This document shows positions 29,849-39,186 of a stretch of DNA of 64,000 bases, in pieces (the stretch's first letter is position 1; each line of letters begins with the position of its first letter). This DNA is from Trueperaceae bacterium (GTDB lineage: Bacteria; Deinococcota; Deinococci; Deinococcales; Trueperaceae): positions 2,144,001 to 2,208,000 of the forward strand of contig CBDCDZ010000004.1 in the NCBI GenBank assembly GCA_965215565.1, written 5' to 3'. The notes under the pieces are model-generated. The model worked only from the letters and a program-made list of their open reading frames with translations. It made no database searches and had not been told where the DNA came from. Both the position numbers and the translations under genes were made by a program.

Positions 29849-31006
29849 ATGAACATCGCGGTACTCCTCCACAGCAGCGCGGGCGGCAGCGGCGTCGTCG
29901 CCACCGAACTCGGGCTCTGCTACGCCAAGATGGGACACAGCGTCCACTTCGTCGCCAACCGCGTGCCCTTCCGCCTAACTGAGTCGGGGCAGGCGAACGT
30001 CTACTATCACCAGGTGGAGAGCATGTCCTACCCGCTCTTCGACGCGCCCCTAACCACCTTGGCGGAAGCGTCGAAGCTCGCTGAAGTGATTGAGGAGTAC
30101 GGCGTCGAGGTCATCCACGCGCACTACGCCATCCCGCACGCGGCGGCGGCGGTGATGGCTCGAGACATGGTCCACGCGGACCCCAAACCCGTCGTCGTGA
30201 CGACGCTGCACGGCACAGACGTTACCCTGGTTGGGCTAGACCGCGCCTATTTGCGCGCCACGCAGTATTCCATCGAACGCTCCGACGTCGTCACCGCCGT
30301 CAGTCAGTATCTGGCGGACTACACGCGCAGTGAGATGGGCGTGAAGCGCGACATCATGGTCGTGCCGAACGCGGTGGACCACGCCCGCTTCAAACCGCAA
30401 GGACCCAAGGAGCTGCGCCAGCGCTACGCCCACCCCGACGAAAAACTCGTCGTCCACGTTTCCAACTTTCGTCCGCTCAAGCGCGTGGACGACGTGGTCC
30501 GCACCTTCGCGCGCGTCGCGGAAGAGGTCGGCGCGCGGCTGCTGATGGTGGGCGACGGTCCCGAGCGGCAAAAGGCGCTCTCGCTCGCCGCCGAACTCAA
30601 CATCGGCGGGCGCGTCTCCTTCTTGGGCTCGTTCCCGCGCGTCGAGGACATCTTCGCGATCAGCGACCTCTTCTTGCTGCCGAGCACCGAGGAGTCGTTC
30701 GGCTTGGCGGCGTTAGAGGCGATGGCGTCGGGCGTGCCCGTCGTCGCGAGTCGCGTTGGCGGTATACCCGAAGTCGTCGTGGACGGCGAGACGGGCTTTC
30801 TCTGCGCGCCCAAAGACGTCGCGGCGATGGCGGAAGCGTCCTTGAAGCTCCTTACAGATAGCGCGCTGCACGCGCGCATGAGCCACGCGGCGCGCTCGAG
30901 GGCGACGGACTGCTTCAGCGAGAACGAGGTGGTGCCGCTCTACACGCAGGCTTACGAGCGGGCTTTGGCGCGTTCGCCGAGAGCAACCGTGGCGAGCGGC
31001 GCGTAA
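29849..31006 (+). CDS. bshA: N-acetyl-alpha-D-glucosaminyl L-malate synthase
   Basis: [51 protein letters not shown]. Confidence 0.95.
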   Translation: MNIAVLLHSSAGGSGVVATELGLCYAKMGHSVHFVANRVPFRLTESGQANVYYHQVESMSYPLFDAPLTTLAEASKLAEVIEEYGVEVIHAHYAIPHAAAAVMARDMVHADPKPVVVTTLHGTDVTLVGLDRAYLRATQYSIERSDVVTAVSQYLADYTRSEMGVKRDIMVVPNAVDHARFKPQGPKELRQRYAHPDEKLVVHVSNFRPLKRVDDVVRTFARVAEEVGARLLMVGDGPERQKALSLAAELNIGGRVSFLGSFPRVEDIFAISDLFLLPSTEESFGLAALEAMASGVPVVASRVGGIPEVVVDGETGFLCAPKDVAAMAEASLKLLTDSALHARMSHAARSRATDCFSENEVVPLYTQAYERALARSPRATVASGA

Positions 31007-31986
31007 GGAACTGCATCTACAGCGAGGCTGAGGGAGCTGAATAGGGGCTCAGCCAGCCCCACACGCAACCGCTCGTGCGCCGCGAGCGCAATCATCGCGC
31101 CGTTGTCCGTCGCCAGTGAGAGGGGCGGCATGTGCACCTCCAGCGCCGTTTCCGCCAGCCGCTCACGCAACCGCCGGTTCGCCGCCACACCGCCCGCGAC
31201 GACGAGCCGCCTGTGCCCTGCCGCCTGCGCCGCCCGGAGCGTCACGCTGACCAGGCTCTCCACCGCCACGCGCTCGAAACTCGCCGCGACGTCGGCGCGT
31301 TCTATCTCGGGTTGCTTTTGCAGGAGGACCGAGACCGCCGTTTTAAGCCCGCTAAACGAGAAGTCGAAGCCCGTTTGGGTGCGCAGCGGCACGGTGAAGT
31401 TTACCGCGTGCGCGTCACCCGCTTCGGCGAGTTGGCTCAGCGCGGGTCCGCCCGGATAGCCGAGCCCCAGAAGCCGCGCCACCTTGTCGAAGGCTTCACC
31501 CGCTGCGTCATCGCGGCTGTGCCCGAGCGCGGCGTACGCGCCCCACGCCTTTACATCGAAGAGGCTCGTGTGTCCGCCCGAAGCGATGAGGCAGAGAAAG
31601 GGCGGCTGCACGCTGCCCCCATTTGAGCCGAGGCTCGAGGCGATGTGTCCCTCGAGGTGATGAATGGGTAAAAAGGGCAACTCCCGCGCCCACGCCAACG
31701 CTTTGGCGTAGTTCAGACCGACCAAGAGCGCCCCGACGAGTCCGGGACCATACGTCGCGGCGACGGCGGTGACATCGTCTAACGCGACACCCGCCTCCGC
31801 CAAGGCGCGCCGCACCACCTCGCCAATGACCGAGAGGTGCTCGCGGCTCGCCTGCTCGGGCATGACGCCGCCGAAGGGCGCGTGCAGCGCAGTCTGCGAG
31901 GCGATGACGTTGGCGATGACCTCACCGTTTCTGACGACGCCAACGCCCGTGTCGTCACAAGAGGTGTCGATGCCTAAAATAATCAC
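30952..31986 (-). CDS. tsaD: tRNA N6-threonylcarbamoyltransferase
   Basis: GIDTSCDDT, HHLEGH, SGGHT, DDAAGEAFDK, TDNGAMIA. Confidence 0.96.
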   Translation of the reverse strand: MIILGIDTSCDDTGVGVVRNGEVIANVIASQTALHAPFGGVMPEQASREHLSVIGEVVRRALAEAGVALDDVTAVAATYGPGLVGALLVGLNYAKALAWARELPFLPIHHLEGHIASSLGSNGGSVQPPFLCLIASGGHTSLFDVKAWGAYAALGHSRDDAAGEAFDKVARLLGLGYPGGPALSQLAEAGDAHAVNFTVPLRTQTGFDFSFSGLKTAVSVLLQKQPEIERADVAASFERVAVESLVSVTLRAAQAAGHRRLVVAGGVAANRRLRERLAETALEVHMPPLSLATDNGAMIALAAHERLRVGLAEPLFSSLSLAVDAVPYAPLATVALGERAKARS

Positions 31987-32022
31987 GCCGTAAGTCTATC
32001 AGTCAGAATAAGCTTTTACTGT

Positions 32023-32157
32023 TAGCAGTTCCACGACACACTGAGATAGTTGAACGCAGGTCTCAGCTCGCAGAGCTAGCGGAATTTCATCCCTTAAAGT
32101 GCGTGCTAAACAGCGTTTCATAAAGTGAGAGTGTCTCTGACCAGATGATACCTGCTA
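32023..32157 (+). mobile_element. Family A element, copy 6, with a 24-nt internal insert
   Basis: Colinear with copy 7 except for extra bases 32061-32084. Confidence 0.72.
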
Positions 32158-32171
32158 TGTTAAGGGAGCCT

Positions 32172-32229
32172 ATCAGCAAGTCAGCATTTCAGCGGGTCAG
32201 AAAAACCTCACCTGCTGGCTAGCTGACAC
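32172..32229. repeat. Octamer (TCAGCnnn) hairpin repeat
   Basis: TCAGCAAG TCAGCATT TCAGCGGG TCAG...GCTGACAC; related to 61270-61332 in inverse orientation. Confidence 0.6.
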
Positions 32230-32256
32230 GCTCTCAATCTCTGGTAAACTGGCGGG

Positions 32257-33390
32257 GTGACGTTCTCTGAAGTCCTGCGCGACTACCACCGCCTCGAGCC
32301 CCATCCCCTCCAAAACGGACGCTACGTAACGAAAAAGGGCGTGCGCGGCTACCCTGACGTTCCGGCGGGCGCGACCTTATTAGCGAAGGAAGCGGACCTT
32401 TCCGCCGACAAGGTGAGCGACTTGACGGGCAGCGCGGGGTTCGTAGCGTTGGCGGCGCTCAGGCAAGGGGCGAGGGAGGTGCGCGTGGTGGAAAGCTCGA
32501 GAGCTGCCCTGCGCTGCGCTAAGGAGACGTTCTCGGACAAACCTGTGACGCTCGTCGCGGGCGCACCTTGGGACGTTCCCGCTGAATCCACCGACCTCGT
32601 ATGCCTCGCACCTCAAACGGACAAGGGAACGGCGAGGGTTCTCGCCGAGTTCGCGGGGGCGCACGCCGCCCTAAAGCAGGGCGGCGTCGCCTACTTCGTG
32701 ATGCACAAAGACGGGGGCGCGAAGCGTTACGAAAAGCGGGCGGCAGCGCTTTTTGGCAGCAGCAAGGTCATCGCAAAAGAGGGTGGGTGGCGGCTTTCTC
32801 GAGCCATTAAACAAGAGGTCACTGACCGAGAGGATAGAGAAGAGGTGCAGCCCTTAGCCTTCGAGGTTGCAGGGCTGAATGTAGAGGCGTTTCCAGGGAT
32901 TTACGCAGCGGGCAAGCTCGACCCTGGCACGGCGTTTTTGCTCGAAACCTCAAACCTCTCTCCCCTATCGGGAAAGCGCGTCCTAGACCTCGGCTGCGGC
33001 TACGGGCTTCTAGCCCTCAAAGCCTCGCTCGAGGGCGCGTCGGTAACGGCATTAGACGACGATTTGCTCGCCGTGCGCAGCGCCTACCGAAACGCTGAGC
33101 GCTACGGCTTGGACGTGCGCGCGTTGCACTCCGATGTCGATTCGAAAATTCAGGACGAAATGTTCGACACCGTGCTGATGAACCCCCCTTTTCACATCGG
33201 TAAGCAAGTCGTGATGGATGTGCCGCGCGCCTTTTTAGCCGCTGCTCACGCGCACTTGCGCCCCGGCGGAACCCTTACGCTCGTCGCAAACAAGGCGCTC
33301 CCTTACGAACGGGACTTGGCACGGTGGGCGTCATTCGAAACATTGGCGGTGAACGGACAATTTAAGGTGTTAAAGGCAGTGAAAAGTTAA
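32257..33390 (+). CDS. RsmC-like class I SAM-dependent methyltransferase (duplicated domain)
   Basis: PGIYAAGKLDPGT, VLDLGCGYG, NPPFH. Confidence 0.88.
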   Translation: MTFSEVLRDYHRLEPHPLQNGRYVTKKGVRGYPDVPAGATLLAKEADLSADKVSDLTGSAGFVALAALRQGAREVRVVESSRAALRCAKETFSDKPVTLVAGAPWDVPAESTDLVCLAPQTDKGTARVLAEFAGAHAALKQGGVAYFVMHKDGGAKRYEKRAAALFGSSKVIAKEGGWRLSRAIKQEVTDREDREEVQPLAFEVAGLNVEAFPGIYAAGKLDPGTAFLLETSNLSPLSGKRVLDLGCGYGLLALKASLEGASVTALDDDLLAVRSAYRNAERYGLDVRALHSDVDSKIQDEMFDTVLMNPPFHIGKQVVMDVPRAFLAAAHAHLRPGGTLTLVANKALPYERDLARWASFETLAVNGQFKVLKAVKS

Positions 33391-33500
33391 AAGCAATCCA
33401 GTCGAGCTGGTGTACGTTAGTTTTTGCGAAGCAAACGGTACGGTGAGCAATGAGTGAAAAGCTTTAGACTCATTGCTTTCAACTCATTGCTCATTGCTCA
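33386..33500. repeat. Family B heptamer hairpin repeat with nested 23-nt and 24-nt inserts
   Basis: Alignment to the other B copies; overlaps the stop codons of both flanking genes. Confidence 0.8.
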
Positions 33501-34398
33501 GAACGTAGCCTCCACTCGGCTCGAGCCCCAACACCTGCCCCCCGTTCACAAAGGCTTGCATCTCACGCCTGACCTCTCGCGTCACCTCGCCCAAGCTGAT
33601 CGCCGCGAGCGTCGGTCCTGCACCCGAAAGGAAGGCGGCGCTTGCGCCTACCTCTAAGAGGCGCTGTCGACACTCGGCTAAACCCGGAATGAGCGGTTCG
33701 CGGTAGGGCTCGTGGAGCACGTCTTGCGCGGCGACGCGCAGCAGTTCGGGCTTGTTGAGGGCGACGGCAGCGGTCCAGAGGGCGGTGCGGCTCGCGCTAT
33801 AGATAGCGTCCGCGCGGGCGTAACTCGCGGGCAAGGCGGCTCTCGCCTCGCTCGTCAAGAGTTCGAAGTCGGGCACGGCGAAGCTGAAGCGCCAGTCGCT
33901 CGGCAGAGGTAAAGTTTGGCAGAGATAGCCCCCCTCCGCCCGCGCGCTCACCGTGAAGCCGCCGTAGACCGCCGGGGCGACGTTGTCGGGGTGCCCTTCG
34001 ATGTCGGCGGTAAGCTGAAACACGCCGTCTCGCCCCAGCCGCTCGCCCGTCCTCTCGCTTATCATTGTGTCCGCTAAAGCCGCGCCCGCGACGAGCGCGG
34101 CTGACGAGGAGCCTAGCCCTCTCGCCAGTGGAATGGGATTGTGAGCCTCCAACTGCACGCAGGGCGCACGTTCCCCTGATGCCGCGTAGACCGCCCGAAA
34201 GCCTCTGTGGATGAGGTTGTCGGGTGTGTCGGACACGCTACCCTCACCCTGGTAGATGAGGTGGTTTTCGGACGATAAGGTGGCGCTGACCTCGAGGTAG
34301 AGCCCCACCGCAATCCCTAAACAGTCGAAGCCCGGTCCCAAATTCGCACTCGTTGCGGGCACGCGAACCGTGATGCGCTCCGTCATAGCATCCGTCAC
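33484..34398 (-). CDS. thrB: Homoserine kinase
   Basis: VPATSANLGPGFD, IPLARGLGSS, EGHPDNVAP, LSGAGPT. Confidence 0.96.
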   Translation of the reverse strand: MTDAMTERITVRVPATSANLGPGFDCLGIAVGLYLEVSATLSSENHLIYQGEGSVSDTPDNLIHRGFRAVYAASGERAPCVQLEAHNPIPLARGLGSSSAALVAGAALADTMISERTGERLGRDGVFQLTADIEGHPDNVAPAVYGGFTVSARAEGGYLCQTLPLPSDWRFSFAVPDFELLTSEARAALPASYARADAIYSASRTALWTAAVALNKPELLRVAAQDVLHEPYREPLIPGLAECRQRLLEVGASAAFLSGAGPTLAAISLGEVTREVRREMQAFVNGGQVLGLEPSGGYVLSNEQ

Positions 34399-35921
34399 GG
34401 CAGGTCAGACTTGATGCGCTTCAAATCCTGCCAAACGTCCGCGAAGTGCGTGATGAGGTCCGTCGCGATGAGCCCGTCGCCCCACCCCTGCGCGGCGCGC
34501 TCGCCCGCTACGCCGTGCGCGAACGCCGCCGCGCACGTCCGCCCGAAGAGGTCTTCTAACGTCTCAGCGCCCGCGCACCACGCGCCCAAAAGCCCGGAGA
34601 GCACGTCCCCCGAGCCGCCCGTCGCCATCCCCGGATGACCGTGCGTTGTGACGGCGGCGCGTCCGCCTGGTAGCGCGACCACCGTGGAGGCACCCTTGAG
34701 GAGGGCGACGGCGCGGCTCTTTTCAGCGAGCGCTTGCGCCGCCTGGACGGGGTCCCCCAGAATCTCCGAGGCGGAGCGCTCCAGGAGCCTCGAGGCTTCT
34801 CCCACGTGCGGCGTCAACACACAGCGCCCGTGCTCACGAACCGCCCCAAACCACGCCTCTCCGCCGGTCAACGCGCTCGCGTCGAGCACGGTGGGCACGT
34901 CGCTCTGCGCGATGAGTTCGCTCAGGTGAGGCGCGGCGCGTTCGTCCAAACCGGGACCGATGACGCGCACCTGGGCGCGTTTGTTTGAGAAGTCGGCGAG
35001 TTGCGCCAAGGGCTCCTCGTCCCACTTGAGGGGCTGAAAGATAATCTCCGCCCACGTGTTCGTGAAGCGCGCTTCGCCCGCCACCGTCACGAGCCCCGCG
35101 CCCGCCCGGAGCGCCGCGCGGCACGCCATCTCCGCCGCACCTAAGTACTGCTCGGAGCCCGCGATAACGAGAACCGTACCAACCTTGTACTTATGTGTAT
35201 CGTTTGAGCGCATCGGCAGGTGCTCGCTCACGTGTTCGGGCGTGAGCAGCGTGAGGCTCGAGTGCGCCGCCAGCACCTCTTGCGGGATGCCGATGTCAAC
35301 AACTTCAACCTCACCAAACGCGCCCCTCGCCGGATAGAAGGCGCTCGCGCGTTTAGGTCCGGCGAGTTGCACCGTCTTCGCCGCGCGGACGTACGGTCCG
35401 GTGAAGTTCACCTCATCCGCGTTTACGCCGCTCGGGATGTCGATGCTGAGGACGGGGGTGGGACTCGAGTTAAGCACCCCCACCACCTGCTCGAGTTCGC
35501 CCTCTAAAGGGCGGGACAAGCCGCTGCCGAAGAGGGCGTCAACCACGAGCGCGCAGGAGGTCAAGGTACGTTCTACAGAAGCCAAGTCCAGCGTCTCGGC
35601 TGCGCCCCCTACCGCTTTGAACGCGCCGCGCATCACGGCAGGGTCACCCGCAAGCTCGGCGGAGAGTTCGGCAACCCGCACGCTGTAGCCTGATAAAAGC
35701 AGATGTCGCGCCACGACGTAGCCGTCTCCGCCGTTGTTGCCTTTGCCGCAGAGGATGAGAACCGTACCTGGGTTGAACGGATAGTCTGTGCTCGAAAGAC
35801 GCTCGAGAACCGCGTCCGCCACCTTGCGCCCCGCTGTTTCCATCAGGATGAGAGAGGGGATGCCCGCGTTTATCGCCGCCTCGTCAACCGCGCGCATCTC
35901 CTTAGAGGTAAAGAGCTTCAT
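34395..35921 (-). CDS. nnr: Bifunctional NAD(P)H-hydrate epimerase/dehydratase
   Basis: GKGNNGGDG, DALFGSG, DIPSG, LTPHVGE, ATGGSGDVLSG. Confidence 0.93.
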   Translation of the reverse strand: MKLFTSKEMRAVDEAAINAGIPSLILMETAGRKVADAVLERLSSTDYPFNPGTVLILCGKGNNGGDGYVVARHLLLSGYSVRVAELSAELAGDPAVMRGAFKAVGGAAETLDLASVERTLTSCALVVDALFGSGLSRPLEGELEQVVGVLNSSPTPVLSIDIPSGVNADEVNFTGPYVRAAKTVQLAGPKRASAFYPARGAFGEVEVVDIGIPQEVLAAHSSLTLLTPEHVSEHLPMRSNDTHKYKVGTVLVIAGSEQYLGAAEMACRAALRAGAGLVTVAGEARFTNTWAEIIFQPLKWDEEPLAQLADFSNKRAQVRVIGPGLDERAAPHLSELIAQSDVPTVLDASALTGGEAWFGAVREHGRCVLTPHVGEASRLLERSASEILGDPVQAAQALAEKSRAVALLKGASTVVALPGGRAAVTTHGHPGMATGGSGDVLSGLLGAWCAGAETLEDLFGRTCAAAFAHGVAGERAAQGWGDGLIATDLITHFADVWQDLKRIKSDLP

Positions 35922-35986
35922 GGGATTAGTTTACGCGATTGGGGTGAGGTTGGGCGGGGCTCGCTAGCGTTGAGGTACCTTTTGGA

Positions 35987-36099
35987 TAGTAGCTTTAATC
36001 TGAAATAAAGCTGATGTCAAAGCGAGGGGTTTCAACCCCTTGTTCACCACATAGAGATGGCAGAGGGAGCACATAGCAGCGTTCGACTCAGAACCACTA
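35987..36099 (+). mobile_element. Family C 113-bp TA-bounded element, copy 1
   Basis: TAGTAGCTTT...AGGGGTTTCAACCCCTTGTT...AGAACCACTA; colinear with 53808-53920. Confidence 0.72.
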
Positions 36100-36425
36100 T
36101 CATCTTTTGCAGACTGAGGCAACACTCGGGGTGTACATTAAGCCGCCCCAACTCAAGCTCGAGTATCCTCTTTCGCCTTCACCCTACTGGGCAAGTACGC
36201 CTCGAAATAGAGGTACAATGTTGACTTAGCCCGCGCTTACCCCTCGAGGCTCGCGTTTGGTTCTGACCTTTTGCACTTTGACTCTATCATTCCTGTGCGG
36301 CGGTTCGTGAGGCGTTGCAGCGAGACGCCCGGCGGCTCGGTAGGGGTGTAGACTGGGTTTTCATAAAGCAGCCCGTATGATTCCATCGTGACGTTCCCTC
36401 CCCACCCTCCACCCTGGAGACTCTC

Positions 36426-38660
36426 ATGTTCGCCTTCCTAGCCACGTTTATCAGCCGCCGTCCCCGCACCGTCCTCTTCACGTGGCTCCTGCTCACACTT
36501 CTCGCGCTACCCTTTGCCGGGCGCGTCGGCGAGGTGCTCTCCGCAGAGGCGAGTGTCGTGCCGGGCAGCGCCTCCGCGCAGGTCGAGCGTTTACTAAGCG
36601 ACGAATTCAGCGGTCAAGACCAGAGCCTCTTGGTGTTGGTGGTCAGAGCGGAAGACGCCAAAGTCGGCGAGCCCGCCTTCAACAACGCCTTCGAGTCGCT
36701 CGCCGCTAATTTGCGGGCGCTACCAGGCGTAGAGAACGTGCAGGACTACAGGAACGCGGGCGACCTGTCGCTCGTCGCGCCCGATAAAAGCTACGCGCTC
36801 TCGCTGCTCACGCTCAACCAGGCGGCGGAGGCGCGGCGCACGTTGGCGGCGGTGGACGCGGTCTTAGCCGAATCCGAGACCTTTACCTTCAACCTCTCAG
36901 GGAGTCAGGCGGTCAAGCGTGAGCTAGAAGAGATCAGCGGGCGCGACGCGCGTCGTGCGGAGCTGTTCGGCTTGCCGCTCAGCCTCCTCGTGTTGGCGGT
37001 GGCGTTCGGGGCGCTCGTGGCGGCGGGGCTTCCCTTACTCGTAGCGGCGGTCTCCGTAACGCTCTCCTACGCGCTGCTCTTCGCACTCGGTCAGTTCGTT
37101 CCCTTCGCGGTCTTTGCCCAGACGATCGTCACCATGCTTGGGCTCGCGACGGGCATCGACTACGCGCTCCTCATCGTGAACCGCTTCCGCGAGGAGTTAG
37201 CGCGCGCGGCGAACCCCCGCGCCGCCGCCGCCGCGACGGTCATGACGGCGGGCAAGGCGGTGACGTTCAGCGGCTTCACGGTGATGATCGCGCTCGGGGC
37301 GCTGCTCGTGCCTCCGCTGGACTTCATCCGCTCGATCGGTCTAGGCGCGATGGTGGTCCTGCTCATGAGCGTGTCCGTCTCGGTCACCGCGCTGCCCGCG
37401 CTCCTAGCGCTGCTCGGCGAGCGCGTCAACGCGGGCAGATTGACGCGGCGCGTCCCTGGGCAGCGCTCCCGCGCGTTCTGGCGCAAGCGCGCGCGCCAAG
37501 TACAGCGCCACCCGCTGCGCTGGGCGCTAGGCGGCACGCTCTTCTTGCTCCTACTCAGTCTGCCCGCCGCGCGCATCGTCCTAGCGGACCCAGGGAGCGA
37601 AGGGCTGAGCCCGGCGACAGACGCGCGGCAGGTTCAAAATGCGCTGGACGAGACTGGCTTGGCGGGCGTACTCGACTCGTTCGCGGCGGTTTTGGACTTT
37701 GGACAAGCGGGCTTTTTCGAGCCGGAGAGCGTGCGGACCGCCTCGAAGTTCTCGCGCGAAGCCGTCGACATCTCTGGGCTCGAGCAGGCGTACTCACCGA
37801 CGACGGCGGGCGGCTTGCCGCCGCTGCTCCTTTCCGGCTATTACGCAACGAGAGAAACCGCCTTAGAGAGTCCCCTCGCCGAGCTGGTCAGGACCACTGT
37901 CAGCGAGAGTGGGCGCTACGCCCTCGTGCGGCTCTTCCCGGCGGGTGACCTCACCCTCACCGAGGTGCGGCGCGTTGAGGGTGAACTGAGGGCGCTCGGC
38001 CGAGACTTAGGCGCTGAGGTCATTGTCGGCGGCAGCTTGGTGAACGAGCGCGAGTGGACGCGCACGCTCTACAGCAACTTCCCGCTCGCCGCCGCGCTCG
38101 TCTACCTCGCTACGTTCATCCTCTTGGGGCTCGCCTTCCGCTCGCTGCTCATCCCCATCAAGTCAATCCTCCTTAACAGCTTAACGGTCAGCGCGGCCTT
38201 CGGGGTGATCACCCTTATCTTCCAGTACGGTGCGGGCATCTCGCTACTGGGGCTACCTGAGGCGCTCGGCTACGTGGACAGCAGCACGCCCATCTTCGTC
38301 TTCGCCATCGTGTTCGGGCTCAGCATGGATTACGAGGTGTTTCTCGTCGCCCGCGTTTTTGAGGCGCACGAGCGCGGGCTCTCCGACGCGGACGCCGTCG
38401 CCGAAGCGATGGGCGCAACGGGCGGTGTCATCAGCAGCGCGGGGCTCATCATGATCGTGGTGTTCGCGGTCTTTATCTCGAGCCAAATCGTCCTCATCAA
38501 AACGCTCGCGTTGGGTCTTACCATTGCGATCTTTTTAGACATTACCCTCGTGCGCTTAGCGCTCGTGCCTGCGGTCATGTCCTTGGCAGGTACCTGGAAC
38601 TGGTGGCTGCCGCGCCCCCTCAAGCGCTTGGCGGAACGGGTCAATATGCAGCATGATTGA
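36426..38660 (+). CDS. MMPL family (RND-like) transporter
   Basis: GLATGIDYALLIVNRFREE and FGLSMDYEVFL; two membrane repeats. Confidence 0.92.
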   Translation: MFAFLATFISRRPRTVLFTWLLLTLLALPFAGRVGEVLSAEASVVPGSASAQVERLLSDEFSGQDQSLLVLVVRAEDAKVGEPAFNNAFESLAANLRALPGVENVQDYRNAGDLSLVAPDKSYALSLLTLNQAAEARRTLAAVDAVLAESETFTFNLSGSQAVKRELEEISGRDARRAELFGLPLSLLVLAVAFGALVAAGLPLLVAAVSVTLSYALLFALGQFVPFAVFAQTIVTMLGLATGIDYALLIVNRFREELARAANPRAAAAATVMTAGKAVTFSGFTVMIALGALLVPPLDFIRSIGLGAMVVLLMSVSVSVTALPALLALLGERVNAGRLTRRVPGQRSRAFWRKRARQVQRHPLRWALGGTLFLLLLSLPAARIVLADPGSEGLSPATDARQVQNALDETGLAGVLDSFAAVLDFGQAGFFEPESVRTASKFSREAVDISGLEQAYSPTTAGGLPPLLLSGYYATRETALESPLAELVRTTVSESGRYALVRLFPAGDLTLTEVRRVEGELRALGRDLGAEVIVGGSLVNEREWTRTLYSNFPLAAALVYLATFILLGLAFRSLLIPIKSILLNSLTVSAAFGVITLIFQYGAGISLLGLPEALGYVDSSTPIFVFAIVFGLSMDYEVFLVARVFEAHERGLSDADAVAEAMGATGGVISSAGLIMIVVFAVFISSQIVLIKTLALGLTIAIFLDITLVRLALVPAVMSLAGTWNWWLPRPLKRLAERVNMQHD

Positions 38661-39186
38661 CACCATTTCCAGGTCGTTCCTGCGAGGATGACCTGGAAAC
38701 GCTAAGAGGTTGACTCAACCGACTTTCGGTGCGTCTCTTGCGCTGTCCACCTTGGACGGTAGCGTTATGCTAAAATGTGCAAGGGTAATCTGCTCGCGAG
38801 CGCACCAGACGGCGGCTCACCGCGTCAGGCAGCCGTCATTTTACTCATCTCACTATGGAACATTATTGGGTCAGGTATATAGCGTGGAGACTGTTTCTTC
38901 ATCATTCCTTAAAGAATTTCCCCCAGTTCGTTAGGAATGTGACGTGTTCGCGCTTTCGCGCTATGTCTTACTTATAAGGTGAGGGGGTATGGCAAGCAGA
39001 ACGCGCTGAGAAACGACGACATGATTACAGCTATCCCTACTTCTCCCGCAACGAGGGTCCCGGTGTCTACTAAGCGCACTAGGCAATGCTCACTTACGGC
39101 AACGTACACCGGCGCATCTCGTCGGAATCGACAGCGTGCATCTTTACAAATCGCACAAATTACCACTACGTCAGGATGGGGGCAAG

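Noticed and set aside
30952..31006. bshA/tsaD convergent overlap as a regulatory system
   Set aside because: Short 3' overlaps of convergent genes are common in compact GC-rich genomes; no further evidence.
36250..36425. Riboswitch in the MMPL leader
   Set aside because: GC-rich and possibly structured, but I could not match the conserved core of any known riboswitch; needs an Rfam scan.
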